64,000 nt of DNA from Marinilabiliaceae bacterium (GCA_009777175.1 WRMI01000003.1:242-64241), one strand, 5' to 3'; positions 19,301 through 29,483 are shown, counted from the stretch's first letter. The notes: generated by a model from the sequence alone, not told the origin. Made by a program: numbers and translations.

Positions 19301-21392
19301 AAATGGACCTAATGTAAGTTCAAATCCTGCCTGGACTCTAAACGACGGCACATGGGAACCAAGCAACACATCTGGTTGGTTTACTGCACCGAGTGTTTGG
19401 ATGATAAGAGTAAATGCAATATCGGAAGGTAAATCTGTTAAATACGGTTACGCTCCAACAAAAGTTATTTCTAACTATCAAGTTGACCGCTTAGAATATG
19501 GTGACGAAGACTTCCCCTCTCTTTGGACAACAATCGCAACCGTAGCAGACGATGTGTTTACTATTACCGACAACGAATTTGGTGATCTTCCAACAGGAGG
19601 ATATAGGTATGCAGTTAGGGCAATACATACAGGTAACGTGTTGTCAGTACCTGCTTTTAGCGACATAGTTTGGACATGCGATATGGAATCTACTGTAACT
19701 ATCACTATTTTAACCAATGCGGGTGACGATCCTGTAGACGGAACGCAAGTTACTTTGACTCAAGAAGATGGCGACCATATTTATGTTGCAACTGCAAATG
19801 GTACCACATTATTTTTTGACGATGTTTGGAAAGGTACTTACACCATAACTGCAACATTAGAATATCACTTACCATTCATTGCAACAGGTGTAACTATATG
19901 GGACCATGAGTTTGATTTTACTATTAATTTAGTGGAAATAACTGACGAGCCATTTTGTTTAGAAGTCTATCCTGACGATGATACTTGTAGCGCACTATTT
20001 ACATGGAATAACCAATGTTGGTTTCCACAGTATTACCAATATGATCAAGCAGACTGGTTCTGGGCAACTCGTTTTACAGCCGGTACAGAAGGCTGGAAAG
20101 GAAATAAGTTCCCCGTTGGAGTAACAGGTGAAGTTACAAGTGTCGAAATTGGATTAGTCGACGATGGACCAGGTTTACCTGTAACTGTCGATATTTTTGA
20201 TTCTAACCACCAACTTCTGGGTTCAAGTCCAACTTTCCCAATGGAAAATGGATGGTCTTACGCAGAGTTTCTAACTCCCGTAGAATTTAACGGCGATTTC
20301 TATGCAATGGTACATTGGCCCGCAGGTGGTCTCAATTCCCCATTTTTGTTCGCAGAAGTGGATGGACCATTCGCAAGTGCAGGGCTTGCTTGGAGTGTTG
20401 ATGCAGCAGGTGTTTGGCAAGAGGCGCATGTAGGTACTACTTATCCACCATCGGTACTTTTTGTTAGAGTTCATGCTAATGCCGAAAATGGTGATAAAGT
20501 TGTTTATGGTACCGAAAAATCATTCTTAGGATACAATGTCTATTTGAATGATAATTTCCACGTCTTTAAAACCGAAACTGAGTGGACATTTACGAAACTT
20601 AACACAGGTACTTATGTTGCCAGCGTAGAACGAGTTTATTCATCAGGCGTTTCAACAAGAGTTTATAGTGATCCATTTATCATTGACTGCCCAATAGAAT
20701 ATCATCCTATAACCTTTGATGTAACCGATGCTGTTACCGGAGATCCTATTTTGGATGCAGACGTAGTCTTCATAGGAGAAAACTATAATCAAACAGGATA
20801 TTTACACTCCGTTGAAGCAGGTACTTATCAGTACTTAGTACAAAAAGAAGGTTATGAGTTACAAACAGAAACAATAGTGATTACTGAACCAACGACAATA
20901 CCTATTTCTCTTCTGCCTGAAACAGAGCACACTTACAGTGTTACATTCGTAGTAAAAGATGCTCAAGGCATTTCAATTACAGATGCAACAGTTACTTGGG
21001 ATGGCGGTGCAGGAGCATACTTTATGATGGGTATTGATCCCGGTAGTTATGATTGGGTAGTTGCAAAAGAAGGATGTATCACCGAATCTGGCACAGCAGT
21101 AGTTGTTGATGAAGATATTGAAATACCTGTAACGCTTAATCCAGAAAGCATCCGAGGCAATAGTTTAAGCAGTATAGTTCTTTATCCAAATCCATTTAAC
21201 AACGAAATCATAGTAAGTAACCCTGAATTAGTAAAAAGAATTCAAATAACGAATGCTTTGGGACAAAAAGTCAAAGATACAATTTTGGTTGACAGGTTAA
21301 TTGACACAGGTGTGCTTGCAAACGGTATCTATTTCATAACAATCGAAAGTTACAATGGAGACAAAGTGGTACGTAAGATGATTAAGAAGTAG
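16329..21392 (+). CDS. 1687-aa modular T9SS cargo protein (CarboxypepD_reg-like, FN3-like and adhesin-like modules, C-terminal sorting domain)
   Basis: Signal peptide and at least six Ig-like G-x-[VI]-x-D...G-x-Y segments. A module ending Y-x-V-[YD]-R...G-x-Y-x-[WY]-A-V-[KR]-A occurs three times. C-terminal LYPNPFNNEIIV...GIYFITIESYNGDKVVRKMIKK. Confidence 0.85.
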   Translation: MKKFLILTGALLLLLSMTYAQVSNITNPNAKKAGVSLLQVQGGSTFGAIDRTTQVNEDPELAEKMKAESQQQQTATSNVSNLSVGSHAKDVKALQQQQQEDLKRAEEEKLLKRTADFCAAIIPAGTTYQVSGTIIDNELGVGIEGVSVTLTGYDNFSTVTDNNGDYIFPLVWDTHTYTITASKPRFTTYTGDVTVNGGDEVYDITLYELLYPPTNVFATEVGTDVVISWEQTGPLTSCWLNYCLSDEVVGRIGYSETSGEDMTMAIRFTPEDFANMYLFDGEITKVALGIGTHMSDVTTMEIRIWEGGTGINDPGTLVYIEPITNFTTFAEETMVEINLTTPWQIDPSKELRIGWNLVNTLGYPFGRDAGPAVAPGKADLLICPALNSGNWVSYLAQYGWNNNISIKAFVSDGSKEVELARGLESYNVYRFKQGEPESAWTLVATALNATTFTDTQWDVLPSGIYNWAVKAVYTGGGLSEAAISFIHLCNGMHEISIGSGTNVLKAPVEVYWRRSFSQTIYTPAELGINGGEISQLTYTFVAPAASANIVAIPITVWIAETDQETLSSTNWIPFSEFTEVFNGTLDWSAAGTYEVVFMLDVPYQYTGSGNLVIYTQRHDSGYATLYHGFYGKNSGYPGKTIISYSDTNPPNPASPSTLGTNMVINGFPNVNILISTTGMGQIEGIVTNTKGQIVPNAKLTIDNMTQITDVDGYYYFPSLQPGNYDIDVTAFGHYHFAELGVVVAADTKTTCNMLIGTFPEVVVTGTVTANDGTGPLANVEVTLIGYQNYGPVYTNDSGVYIFPAVYANNSYQLNAKLTGWENYNCTLIVDTTDPTVYDIMLPLKTYKPSNVVADRASDCSEVVITWEPPVPALPSPVQYILDDGTFEFAMSINPGFNISLGNIFEVGESGEVTSVELLFESYIKGPLDKTLIADIYDVNRNLVGSSEPFLTFPYFWFEVPLPNVPYTGTFYAMLRWDGSINAHSCWFGLDQNGPNVSSNPAWTLNDGTWEPSNTSGWFTAPSVWMIRVNAISEGKSVKYGYAPTKVISNYQVDRLEYGDEDFPSLWTTIATVADDVFTITDNEFGDLPTGGYRYAVRAIHTGNVLSVPAFSDIVWTCDMESTVTITILTNAGDDPVDGTQVTLTQEDGDHIYVATANGTTLFFDDVWKGTYTITATLEYHLPFIATGVTIWDHEFDFTINLVEITDEPFCLEVYPDDDTCSALFTWNNQCWFPQYYQYDQADWFWATRFTAGTEGWKGNKFPVGVTGEVTSVEIGLVDDGPGLPVTVDIFDSNHQLLGSSPTFPMENGWSYAEFLTPVEFNGDFYAMVHWPAGGLNSPFLFAEVDGPFASAGLAWSVDAAGVWQEAHVGTTYPPSVLFVRVHANAENGDKVVYGTEKSFLGYNVYLNDNFHVFKTETEWTFTKLNTGTYVASVERVYSSGVSTRVYSDPFIIDCPIEYHPITFDVTDAVTGDPILDADVVFIGENYNQTGYLHSVEAGTYQYLVQKEGYELQTETIVITEPTTIPISLLPETEHTYSVTFVVKDAQGISITDATVTWDGGAGAYFMMGIDPGSYDWVVAKEGCITESGTAVVVDEDIEIPVTLNPESIRGNSLSSIVLYPNPFNNEIIVSNPELVKRIQITNALGQKVKDTILVDRLIDTGVLANGIYFITIESYNGDKVVRKMIKK

Positions 21393-21435
21393 AATAGAAT
21401 AAAAAAAAATCATAAAATATTTTTAATAACTGCAA

Positions 21436-21461
21436 GCCCGGCGTATGCTGGGGCATTTTTT
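21436..21461 (+). terminator. Hairpin CCCGGC-GTAT-GCTGGG plus T-run after the giant gene
   Basis: 6-bp stem with one G-U pair, followed by GCATTTTTTT. Confidence 0.5.
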
Positions 21462-21560
21462 TGGGGTTAGCGATACCCCGAATTGCGCTTACGATTATTC
21501 GGGGTTATCTACGTTGCAGGGTTATCTACGTTGCACTCTACCGAGTGCTGCTGCGTGGGG
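21455..21560. repeat. Rearranged copy of the CCCCGAATTGCGCTTA...GGTTATCTACGTTGCACTC-TACC-GAGTGCTGC element (family R2)
   Basis: Shares long identical strings with 35684-35844. GGTTATCTACGTTGCA is internally duplicated here. Confidence 0.75.
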
Positions 21561-21595
21561 TGTAGAGATGATGTGGGGTTTGGTGCGGTAATGTA

Positions 21596-21765
21596 TGCTG
21601 CATTCCGCTAGGAATGCATCCCTTTTCATGTCATTAATGGTAATTTGGTCGCATTCCTAACGGAATGCGTTTTTTTGCTTTGAAATTATTTCTACCAAGC
21701 GTCACATTCATTTTCGACAAGCTCAATGCATCGCCTAATGGAATGTGGAAAACTGAGGTTGATAA
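21596..21765. repeat. Hairpin-rich element (family R3)
   Basis: GCATTCC-GCTA-GGAATGC and GCATTCC-TAAC-GGAATGC plus a T-run, then TGCTTTGAAATTATTTCTACCAAGCGTCACATTCATTTTCGACAAGCTCAATGCATCGCCTAATGGAATGTGGAAAACTGAGG. Matches 52318-52462. Confidence 0.75.
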
Positions 21766-21882
21766 ATATTTCATAAAAAGGTGACATTTTGATTTCCTCG
21801 GAGGTAAGGTAATCTGAATTTATGATGAAACAGGTCGCACTCTAATAACTACACTCTACACTCTAATATCTAACCCCTACCA

Positions 21883-24675
21883 TCACCAATATCTATTATC
21901 CCGCGGGCTACTTCGTTTGTCATATTTTAAATCACGGAGCATGCTGCTATTGACACCAATATTGAAAAAATATGATTTATAACGACCTATCGGAATAAGA
22001 TTAAAACTCATGCTCCAGCAATGTAAGTCTCGTGTAACGCCAATGCTTGTATGGCTAATTTCTTTATTTTCAATATTATAACCTGTGGAAATATTTATGT
22101 TCCATTTTTTTGTGAGCGTAATTCTTCCTGAAAGATTTATGTCGGCAGTCATTTTATAATTGTACGACATTTTATCTTTATTAAAAGAGGACATATCTTG
22201 GATGTAACGCATTGTGTAACTGATATTCATGTTCCATGGAATTTCATATTTAACATATCCTTCGTCACCTTCTTCTTGGATAATAATATTTTGGGTAGGA
22301 GTTGAGGATTCTTCATCTTCGTCTTCGATGTTGATATCGGGTGGTTGGTCGCTATCTTTGGTATTATCGTTAGTTTTCTTTCGTTTTAATTTATCAGAGC
22401 CAAAATCGAGACCAAAACTAAGGTTAGCACTTTCGAGTCTGAGAAGTCCGCCTTTGTCGCTGTTCCATTGGTATTTATCAATTTCTTGCGGAACATATCG
22501 TTGTCCTCTAAAAACAGTATCTAATGCATAAGGGCTATAAGTAGCGCCAAAAGTGATATTTGTACCGAGCACTTTTGTACGTCCCGATAAAGTAATTCGA
22601 CTTAATTTCATTGAATCAGCGAGGAAATTATAGGATGTACCAATATTTAAAGATTCTAAAATACTGATTTTCGCAAAACCGGTAGTATCTTTTTGACTTT
22701 TAATTTTCATTTCAAGAGTATTACCGAGCGACAGGTTTAAAGAACCTTGTTCGCCGCGAGATGCAGTTCCAAACACTTCACGTTCATAAAAAGAGTAATC
22801 ACGTCTCACAATTTCGCCCGAACTGGGGTCAAAATATTCATACCAATCGTAAAAGCCAAATTTAGGGTCACTGAAATCGGGTTTGTATGTTAAGCCAACT
22901 GTTGGAGTGAGTACATGTCGGAACATATTAACTTTATCACCAAAAATAGCAGGAATTGGTTTTAAGAATGTATATAATTTTGTTGATGTACTTAAATTGT
23001 AACTATAATCAAAAACTCTAAAAAAACCTGTAACTGTGTCAGTATTAACGGCTCTTCTCAGGTCGTCATCCCAATCTTGTCTGATAGATTTAAAATACCA
23101 CCGCTCGTTGTATGTAAAATTAGGTGTTAAAGTAAAGTATTTCAACATTTTAAGGTTCATAGAAACAGGAATTGAGTGCCTAATTCCATTTTTCCAATCT
23201 TTTGAAAGACTTTGATCCATCAGTTCACTCTCTTTTGAGTGGATATAATTTTTCATATTTCCCGAATATGTAAGGTTTATTTTTTCGTACCAACTCTCTT
23301 TTGAGCCAACTTTATTTTTGCTTTTGAACGGATATATCCTGTTCATTGTAATTGTGAGGTCGGGTATAGTGAGGTCAATGGTAGTGTCTCGGCTATTTTG
23401 CGAGTGCATTAAATTTACAGAAGTATTAAAAGGAATTCGTGGAAATCTGTATGAATAAGAGACATTAGAACGTTTTGTGTTGGTAGCGAGTGTTTCGGTA
23501 TTAATAACGCTTGTAACGTTATTTTGGTCAAAAGAACTTGATGACAGGTTTACACTTGCAGAAAAAGTGCTATAAGGATTTGCTTTTGCGTCTTGTCGGT
23601 GCGACCAAGTAAGAGAAAAGTCGTTTGTTTGGCTATAATCGGGCAAACCTTTTTCACTGTTGATATTAGTAATTCTTTGGATATTGAAATTTCCGCCATA
23701 TTTATATCTTTTTTTGTATTGCGATGCACCTCTCACAGCCCACGACCAGTTAGTATAAATATCACCTGTAAGTGCAAAATCGAAAAAATCATTAAAAGCA
23801 AAATAGTAGCCTCCGTCTCTCATAAAAAAGCCTCTTCTACTTTCTTCTCCGTATGATGGCATTAAAATTCCCGAACTGTATGGTTTTGTCATTGGTACAA
23901 AAGCAAAGGGGACAGCAAGCGGAGTTTTGACATCTTCGAGGACAAGGTATGAAAATCCGGCGATTGTTTTATCACCCGGAATCATTTTTCCTTTGGAAAT
24001 ATGTATATAAAAGTGCGGGTGGTCGTGGTTGTCGCAGGTTGTATATTTGCCATCTTTAATAAAAAAAGTATCGTCTGCGTTCTTTTTAGATATTTCGCTA
24101 ATTACGTATCCTTCACCTTGTTGCGTAACAACGTGTTTAATGAGCGCTTTTTCGGTTTCAAAGTTGTAAGTAACTTCACGCATTGTATATTCACCGCTTT
24201 TATCTTTATAAACGGGCAATTCAATTTCAACTCCTAATGAATCTCTTGTACCGAGAGCAAAAACTGTTTTTGTTTCGAAATCTAATTCAATATAATGAGC
24301 GGTCAGTTCTATATCTTTGTAATTCACGGCTGCGTCACCGTAGAGGAAAATTTTCCCCGACCCCCAAAAAGTAGAATCGCGTGAACTATATGTAACTTCT
24401 GCATCGATGGCTGATTTACTTTTTTTTTCGGGAGTTTCTATTGCTGTTGAATCAGCGGGCATCTCCTCTTCTTCTTGGAATAAATCGGATAAATCTCCAT
24501 TGTCATCCAAAAAATTGTTTCTATTATTATCGTGCAAAGAATCGGGTGATGCAACATATAAAGAATCGACATTATTTTGAGCAGTCAACAATGAAGAAAA
24601 AAATATCAAACCCGAAATCATAAAAAATCTTATATTTCGGATTATCAGAGTTGTATGACATTGTTTTATTTCCAA
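21883..24675 (-). CDS. Putative LPS-assembly protein LptD (Bacteroidota long form)
   Basis: 930 aa with a signal peptide, an OstA-like N-terminal region (…GDAAVNYKDIELTAHYIELDFETKTVFALG…) and a large beta-rich C-terminal part ending in an aromatic residue (…RYW). Confidence 0.6.
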   Translation of the reverse strand: MEIKQCHTTLIIRNIRFFMISGLIFFSSLLTAQNNVDSLYVASPDSLHDNNRNNFLDDNGDLSDLFQEEEEMPADSTAIETPEKKSKSAIDAEVTYSSRDSTFWGSGKIFLYGDAAVNYKDIELTAHYIELDFETKTVFALGTRDSLGVEIELPVYKDKSGEYTMREVTYNFETEKALIKHVVTQQGEGYVISEISKKNADDTFFIKDGKYTTCDNHDHPHFYIHISKGKMIPGDKTIAGFSYLVLEDVKTPLAVPFAFVPMTKPYSSGILMPSYGEESRRGFFMRDGGYYFAFNDFFDFALTGDIYTNWSWAVRGASQYKKRYKYGGNFNIQRITNINSEKGLPDYSQTNDFSLTWSHRQDAKANPYSTFSASVNLSSSSFDQNNVTSVINTETLATNTKRSNVSYSYRFPRIPFNTSVNLMHSQNSRDTTIDLTIPDLTITMNRIYPFKSKNKVGSKESWYEKINLTYSGNMKNYIHSKESELMDQSLSKDWKNGIRHSIPVSMNLKMLKYFTLTPNFTYNERWYFKSIRQDWDDDLRRAVNTDTVTGFFRVFDYSYNLSTSTKLYTFLKPIPAIFGDKVNMFRHVLTPTVGLTYKPDFSDPKFGFYDWYEYFDPSSGEIVRRDYSFYEREVFGTASRGEQGSLNLSLGNTLEMKIKSQKDTTGFAKISILESLNIGTSYNFLADSMKLSRITLSGRTKVLGTNITFGATYSPYALDTVFRGQRYVPQEIDKYQWNSDKGGLLRLESANLSFGLDFGSDKLKRKKTNDNTKDSDQPPDINIEDEDEESSTPTQNIIIQEEGDEGYVKYEIPWNMNISYTMRYIQDMSSFNKDKMSYNYKMTADINLSGRITLTKKWNINISTGYNIENKEISHTSIGVTRDLHCWSMSFNLIPIGRYKSYFFNIGVNSSMLRDLKYDKRSSPRDNRYW

Positions 24676-24719
24676 ATTAATATACTTAACCTCTTATTTT
24701 TCAAAAATATTTTAAAATA

Positions 24720-27700
24720 TTAATCTAAAGATTCAGATAAAATCTGTTGCATTTTCGGGAAACTGATTGGTGCTGTAACTGTTTTACACTCAATCTTTTT
24801 GATATTAATTCTTGTACATTTATCGCTTTGAGTTATTATGACAAGTGGCAAATCGGGTTTAACAGCATTAATTTGCTTAATGTTCTGTAAATCATCGTGT
24901 TCCAATGCATCTATATCAATAATAACTAAATCAGTAACAATGTTTTGATTAAAAAATTCCAACAACTGTTTCACGCTAAGTGCTTGAGTAACAGTTGCTC
25001 CTGTAACAGAAATCAACTTATCATAATATTTGAACTTCATTGTCATTGGTTCAACGAGTATAACAGACCTATCAATATAAGGTTTTTCGAGGTTTTTCTT
25101 TTCATATTTTCCGTCAAAAATTTGTGCGTCGTCGCAATCAATGGGTATATACATAATTGTGAAAAAGAATGTAGTACCTGTCTTTTCGGTTGATTCTACC
25201 CACATTTGGCCATCTTGAATTTGAACTAAATTGCGGGAAATTGTCAATCCAAGCCCTGTACCACCATATTGTCTGTTATTACCAAGTTCTACTTGCCTAA
25301 ACCTATCAAAAATTACTTCAAGTTGTTCGGGTGACATACCAATCCCTGAATCTTCTACAACAAATTCTAACCATTCGGGCGCAGATTTGCGATAAGAAAT
25401 CTTAATATAACCATCTTCGGTAAACTTTAACGCATTGTCTATTAAGTTAGTAAGTACTTGCCTCAAGCGCACAGCATCGGCAAATACTAAGCAGTCGTCA
25501 ATTGCACCACTTTCGTCTAAAATTAGATTGATATGTCCTTTGTTTCGGGTTGCAAAGTGTTCATCATAGAAAATTTTCAACTCCCGCATCAATTCGTTGA
25601 GTTTAACAGGATATGGATTAATTTTCAACTGATTTGCCTCAATTTTTGCAATATCTATTATATCTTCAACAAGTTTTGTAAGTTGTCGACTATTGTTATT
25701 AACAATTTCGATGTATTGTTGACGTTGTTCGCGTGGAATTTCGTCTGATGAAATAAATTTGAGGAAACCAACAATACCCGTCAAAGGAGTTCGAATTTCG
25801 TGAGACATATTAGCAAGGAATGCAGATTTAAGTTTATCAGATTCTTCTGCCTTATTTTTAGCGTTAATAAGTTCCAATTCATCCAATTTCCGTTGCGTTA
25901 TATCTCTGATTACCATAATTATAGACTCGTTTCTGCCTTCACTGTCTTTTATGGTAGTTGATGATATATCACTATAAAAAGAGGTATTATCAGCACGTTG
26001 CAACATAATTTCGGGTAAAAAGCTGAAATTTTCGGTTTTTAATATTTCAAAAAGTTCTAATGATTGTTTTCTATCTTGTTGACAAACAAATCTTAAAAGT
26101 CTTAAATTCGAGAGTTTAGTATTTTCAGCAAGTCCAAATAGGTTGAAAGTTTTGGTAGATGCAAATTTTACTCGTGCATTTCCGTCACAAACAATAATAG
26201 CGTCAGGGGATGCCACGGTAAGTTGTCGGTACATATCTTCCGACTGTCTTAATGATGTTTCGGCGTTATGCCTGCGAGTAGATGACGATATTATCTGCGA
26301 TAAATTTTTCAAAAGTTCAATTTCTTCTGTTTTCCATTCTCTGTTAAACCTGCATTCGTCAAAACCCACAAATCCGTAGTGATATCCGTAAGAAGTAAGA
26401 GGTAAAACCACTATTGATTTGATATTTTGAGCGTTCATCACTTCTTGAATTTCAGGAGAAAATGTATTAATGTCGGATGTACAAATTATTTCATCGTTTT
26501 CGAAGGCATCCCACCAGGGCTGTGCATTTTCGACAGGAATATTTTGGAGTGAATCAATTACGGGTTCTACACCTTCGTTGCACCATTCGACAGTATTGCT
26601 CATTGTTGTTTTGTCTTCGCTTTTTTCAAAAATATAAACTCGACTCACACCCGTAAATTTGCCCATTTCGTGTAGTGTAAGGTCTAATGCTTCGGATAAA
26701 CTTTTGATGGATTGCATTATTTGCAGTACATTGATAAGCGTATCTTGTCGTTTGTTGAGTGCAAGCAGATTTCCTTGACTTTTCTTAAGTTCGTTGGTCT
26801 TAATTTCGACCATCTCTTCTAACTGCGTACGGTATCTATCTAATTCCTGATTAATAATATTTTGCTCGGTAACATCGCGGATTATTTGACCCATAAAATT
26901 TTTATCGGGTAATTGAATAGTGAATGCGGTTAATTTCACTTCTCTTTCGAGTCCGTCTGCGGCTCGTATCATCATAACAAAATCTTCAGACTGCCTGTCT
27001 CCTTTTTCAGAATTAATAAAAGATTTAATCATATTTTGGTACTGCGCCAAAACAACTTCTTTATTATCTTCATGAATAACTTGCTCTAAAATTTCTCCAC
27101 ATTTTTTGTTTAGTGCTTTACTTGCTGGTATTCCCGAAATTCTTTCTTGTTCGTGGTTCCATTCTAAAATATTTCCTTCATTATCAGTAATCACAATACC
27201 TTCGAAGGATTGTTCTACGAAACTTCTCATTTTATTTTCGCTTTCTTCGAGACGTTTCATAATTTCCATTCGTGCAGAAAATTCTTTTGCTATTTGTGCG
27301 TTTTTCTTATGTAGTTCGTCGTTAATTGCGTGTAATTCTTCGTTGTTTGCGTAAAGTTCTTCGTTTGCTGAATTCAGTTCTTCGTTGACGGTATTAAGTG
27401 CGTCTGTCCTAACTTGAACTAATTGTTCTAAATTTTCGCGATATTGTTCTACTTCTAACTCAGTTTTTTTGCGGTCTGTAATATTAATAATCAGTCCGTC
27501 CCAAATAATTTGAGTGCTATCAATACGTGGTCGGGCAATTATGCGCATCCATTCGATTCCAAAACGAATTTCAATATCTATATCAGTCATATTACTTGCG
27601 CTTTCGTTAATCGATTTTAAGAAAAATTGAAGGTCATCGGGATGAAATATAGAAAAAACTTTTGTAATATCTGCGAGGGCGACCTCAGCGTCAATTTGGG

Positions 27701-29483
27701 TAACAATCTCCCATGTTTTACTGAGGTATGAAAATCTCATTTGACGGGTAATATTATCTCTAATAAATTGAAAAAGAGAACCTTGCGGGATATTGTTTCC
27801 TAATGTTTCAATTCTATTTTTTTCGGCTTCAAGCAATTGTTCTGTTTCTTTACGTTTTGAAATATCGGTCATAATACCGTCCCAAACGGTGTAAATTCCT
27901 TCATTTCGTGGGCGTGCCGTGATATTAATCCACTTTCCGTTTATTTTTGTTTCAAAAAGGTGGTAATTCATTGTTTTAGCACTATCTTCAATGGACTCAA
28001 TCAATGCGGGGAGGTCATTTGGCTCTATTGCGTCAAAAACGGAAGAAATATCATTAAGCGTATGTTGTGCGGGTATTCCCGATATAGATTCCCACGTTCC
28101 ACTAACATAAGACATCCGCATCTGTCCCGTTTGATTATTACGCATAAATTGATACAGTGCGCTTTCAGGGAGATTGTCGCCAAGCATTTGCAGACGTTTC
28201 TTTTCATTTTCTAATTCAGTTTCAGATTCTTTTCGTTGCGTTACGTCTGAAATTATTCCGTCCCAAATGGTACTATTTCCTTTTAATTGAGGCAATGATG
28301 ACATCTTAATCCACTTCGTTTGCCCGTGAACAGAAACACGAAACTCATGCAAAAATTTGCTCAAAGATTTGGCGCTTACTTCAACTTGAACCATCAAATC
28401 CATTATATCGTCTGGATGAACCATTGCAAAAAGAGTATCAATGTTTGATGTCGCAATTTCGTTAGGAACTCCTGTAATTTCTTCCCATTTAGCACTAACA
28501 AAAGAAAATCCCATTAATCCAGTTAAATTTTCGAGGTAAAATTGAAAAAGAGCACCGTCAGGAATATTGTTGCCCAAAGATTCCATCCGTTCTTTTTCGA
28601 TTAACAACTTTTGTTCTGCCTCTTTTCTTGCTGAAACATCAAAAACAAAACCGTCAGCATAGATTGTGTTACCTTTTCGATGTGGATATGACGAAAATTG
28701 AAGCCATAAACTCTTTTTTGTAACAGGGTGATTATAACGTACTTCAACGTTAAATTTATTGTGTGGGTCATCTGATTCGTAAATATTTTTTTTGAGAATT
28801 TCCCTATCCTCCACGGGCATATTAATCATAAGGTTTTTAATATCCGCCAAAGTATCCATTGCAGAAACTCCCATCAATTGTTCCCAAGATTTACTCACGT
28901 AATCGATTCTAATTTCACCCGTTCGGACATTTCTGACAGAACGATACAATGCGCCGTCAAGCATTTGGTCTATTGCTAACAATCGTTCATTTTGTGTAAG
29001 AAGTTGTTGTTCGGTCTCTTTTCGCGCGGTGATATCGAAAATTAATCCATTTGTATAAACAAAATTCTCATCTTTATTGGTATAGGCATTAACCTGTAGC
29101 CAATGTTTCTTTTTGGTTTGAGGATTTATATAACGAAAATCATAAATGAAATTAATGACACTCGTGTGTGAATCGTCAATTAATCTTTTGAATTTAATAA
29201 GGTCTTCGTGAATCACATGAACAAAAATATTTTCAATATCTTCGAGAGCTAAATCTTCTGATATTCCCATAATTTTTTCCCACGTTTCGTTAACAAAATC
29301 CAATTTATGAATTCCTGTGGTTAAATCCTTTACGCTACGGAACATTGTAGCGTCCGGTATTTTATTTAGAAAATGAAGAAAGTCGTTGTTATTATTATCT
29401 TTCTTTTGTGATAGTTCTAATTGTTTTTTGAGTTCGGCTACTTCTTTTTCTAAATCTTCATTATTTTTTCCAAAATGTTCCAT
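24720..29483 (-). CDS. Multi-PAS/GAF hybrid sensor histidine kinase with a receiver-like C-terminus
   Basis: Repeated PAS/PAC units and a NEEL-type coiled coil. H-box FLANMSHEIRTPL, G2 box GGTGLGLTISRNLV, and a C-terminal receiver-like domain (…DLVIIDIDA…). Confidence 0.9.
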   Translation of the reverse strand: MEHFGKNNEDLEKEVAELKKQLELSQKKDNNNNDFLHFLNKIPDATMFRSVKDLTTGIHKLDFVNETWEKIMGISEDLALEDIENIFVHVIHEDLIKFKRLIDDSHTSVINFIYDFRYINPQTKKKHWLQVNAYTNKDENFVYTNGLIFDITARKETEQQLLTQNERLLAIDQMLDGALYRSVRNVRTGEIRIDYVSKSWEQLMGVSAMDTLADIKNLMINMPVEDREILKKNIYESDDPHNKFNVEVRYNHPVTKKSLWLQFSSYPHRKGNTIYADGFVFDVSARKEAEQKLLIEKERMESLGNNIPDGALFQFYLENLTGLMGFSFVSAKWEEITGVPNEIATSNIDTLFAMVHPDDIMDLMVQVEVSAKSLSKFLHEFRVSVHGQTKWIKMSSLPQLKGNSTIWDGIISDVTQRKESETELENEKKRLQMLGDNLPESALYQFMRNNQTGQMRMSYVSGTWESISGIPAQHTLNDISSVFDAIEPNDLPALIESIEDSAKTMNYHLFETKINGKWINITARPRNEGIYTVWDGIMTDISKRKETEQLLEAEKNRIETLGNNIPQGSLFQFIRDNITRQMRFSYLSKTWEIVTQIDAEVALADITKVFSIFHPDDLQFFLKSINESASNMTDIDIEIRFGIEWMRIIARPRIDSTQIIWDGLIINITDRKKTELEVEQYRENLEQLVQVRTDALNTVNEELNSANEELYANNEELHAINDELHKKNAQIAKEFSARMEIMKRLEESENKMRSFVEQSFEGIVITDNEGNILEWNHEQERISGIPASKALNKKCGEILEQVIHEDNKEVVLAQYQNMIKSFINSEKGDRQSEDFVMMIRAADGLEREVKLTAFTIQLPDKNFMGQIIRDVTEQNIINQELDRYRTQLEEMVEIKTNELKKSQGNLLALNKRQDTLINVLQIMQSIKSLSEALDLTLHEMGKFTGVSRVYIFEKSEDKTTMSNTVEWCNEGVEPVIDSLQNIPVENAQPWWDAFENDEIICTSDINTFSPEIQEVMNAQNIKSIVVLPLTSYGYHYGFVGFDECRFNREWKTEEIELLKNLSQIISSSTRRHNAETSLRQSEDMYRQLTVASPDAIIVCDGNARVKFASTKTFNLFGLAENTKLSNLRLLRFVCQQDRKQSLELFEILKTENFSFLPEIMLQRADNTSFYSDISSTTIKDSEGRNESIIMVIRDITQRKLDELELINAKNKAEESDKLKSAFLANMSHEIRTPLTGIVGFLKFISSDEIPREQRQQYIEIVNNNSRQLTKLVEDIIDIAKIEANQLKINPYPVKLNELMRELKIFYDEHFATRNKGHINLILDESGAIDDCLVFADAVRLRQVLTNLIDNALKFTEDGYIKISYRKSAPEWLEFVVEDSGIGMSPEQLEVIFDRFRQVELGNNRQYGGTGLGLTISRNLVQIQDGQMWVESTEKTGTTFFFTIMYIPIDCDDAQIFDGKYEKKNLEKPYIDRSVILVEPMTMKFKYYDKLISVTGATVTQALSVKQLLEFFNQNIVTDLVIIDIDALEHDDLQNIKQINAVKPDLPLVIITQSDKCTRINIKKIECKTVTAPISFPKMQQILSESLD

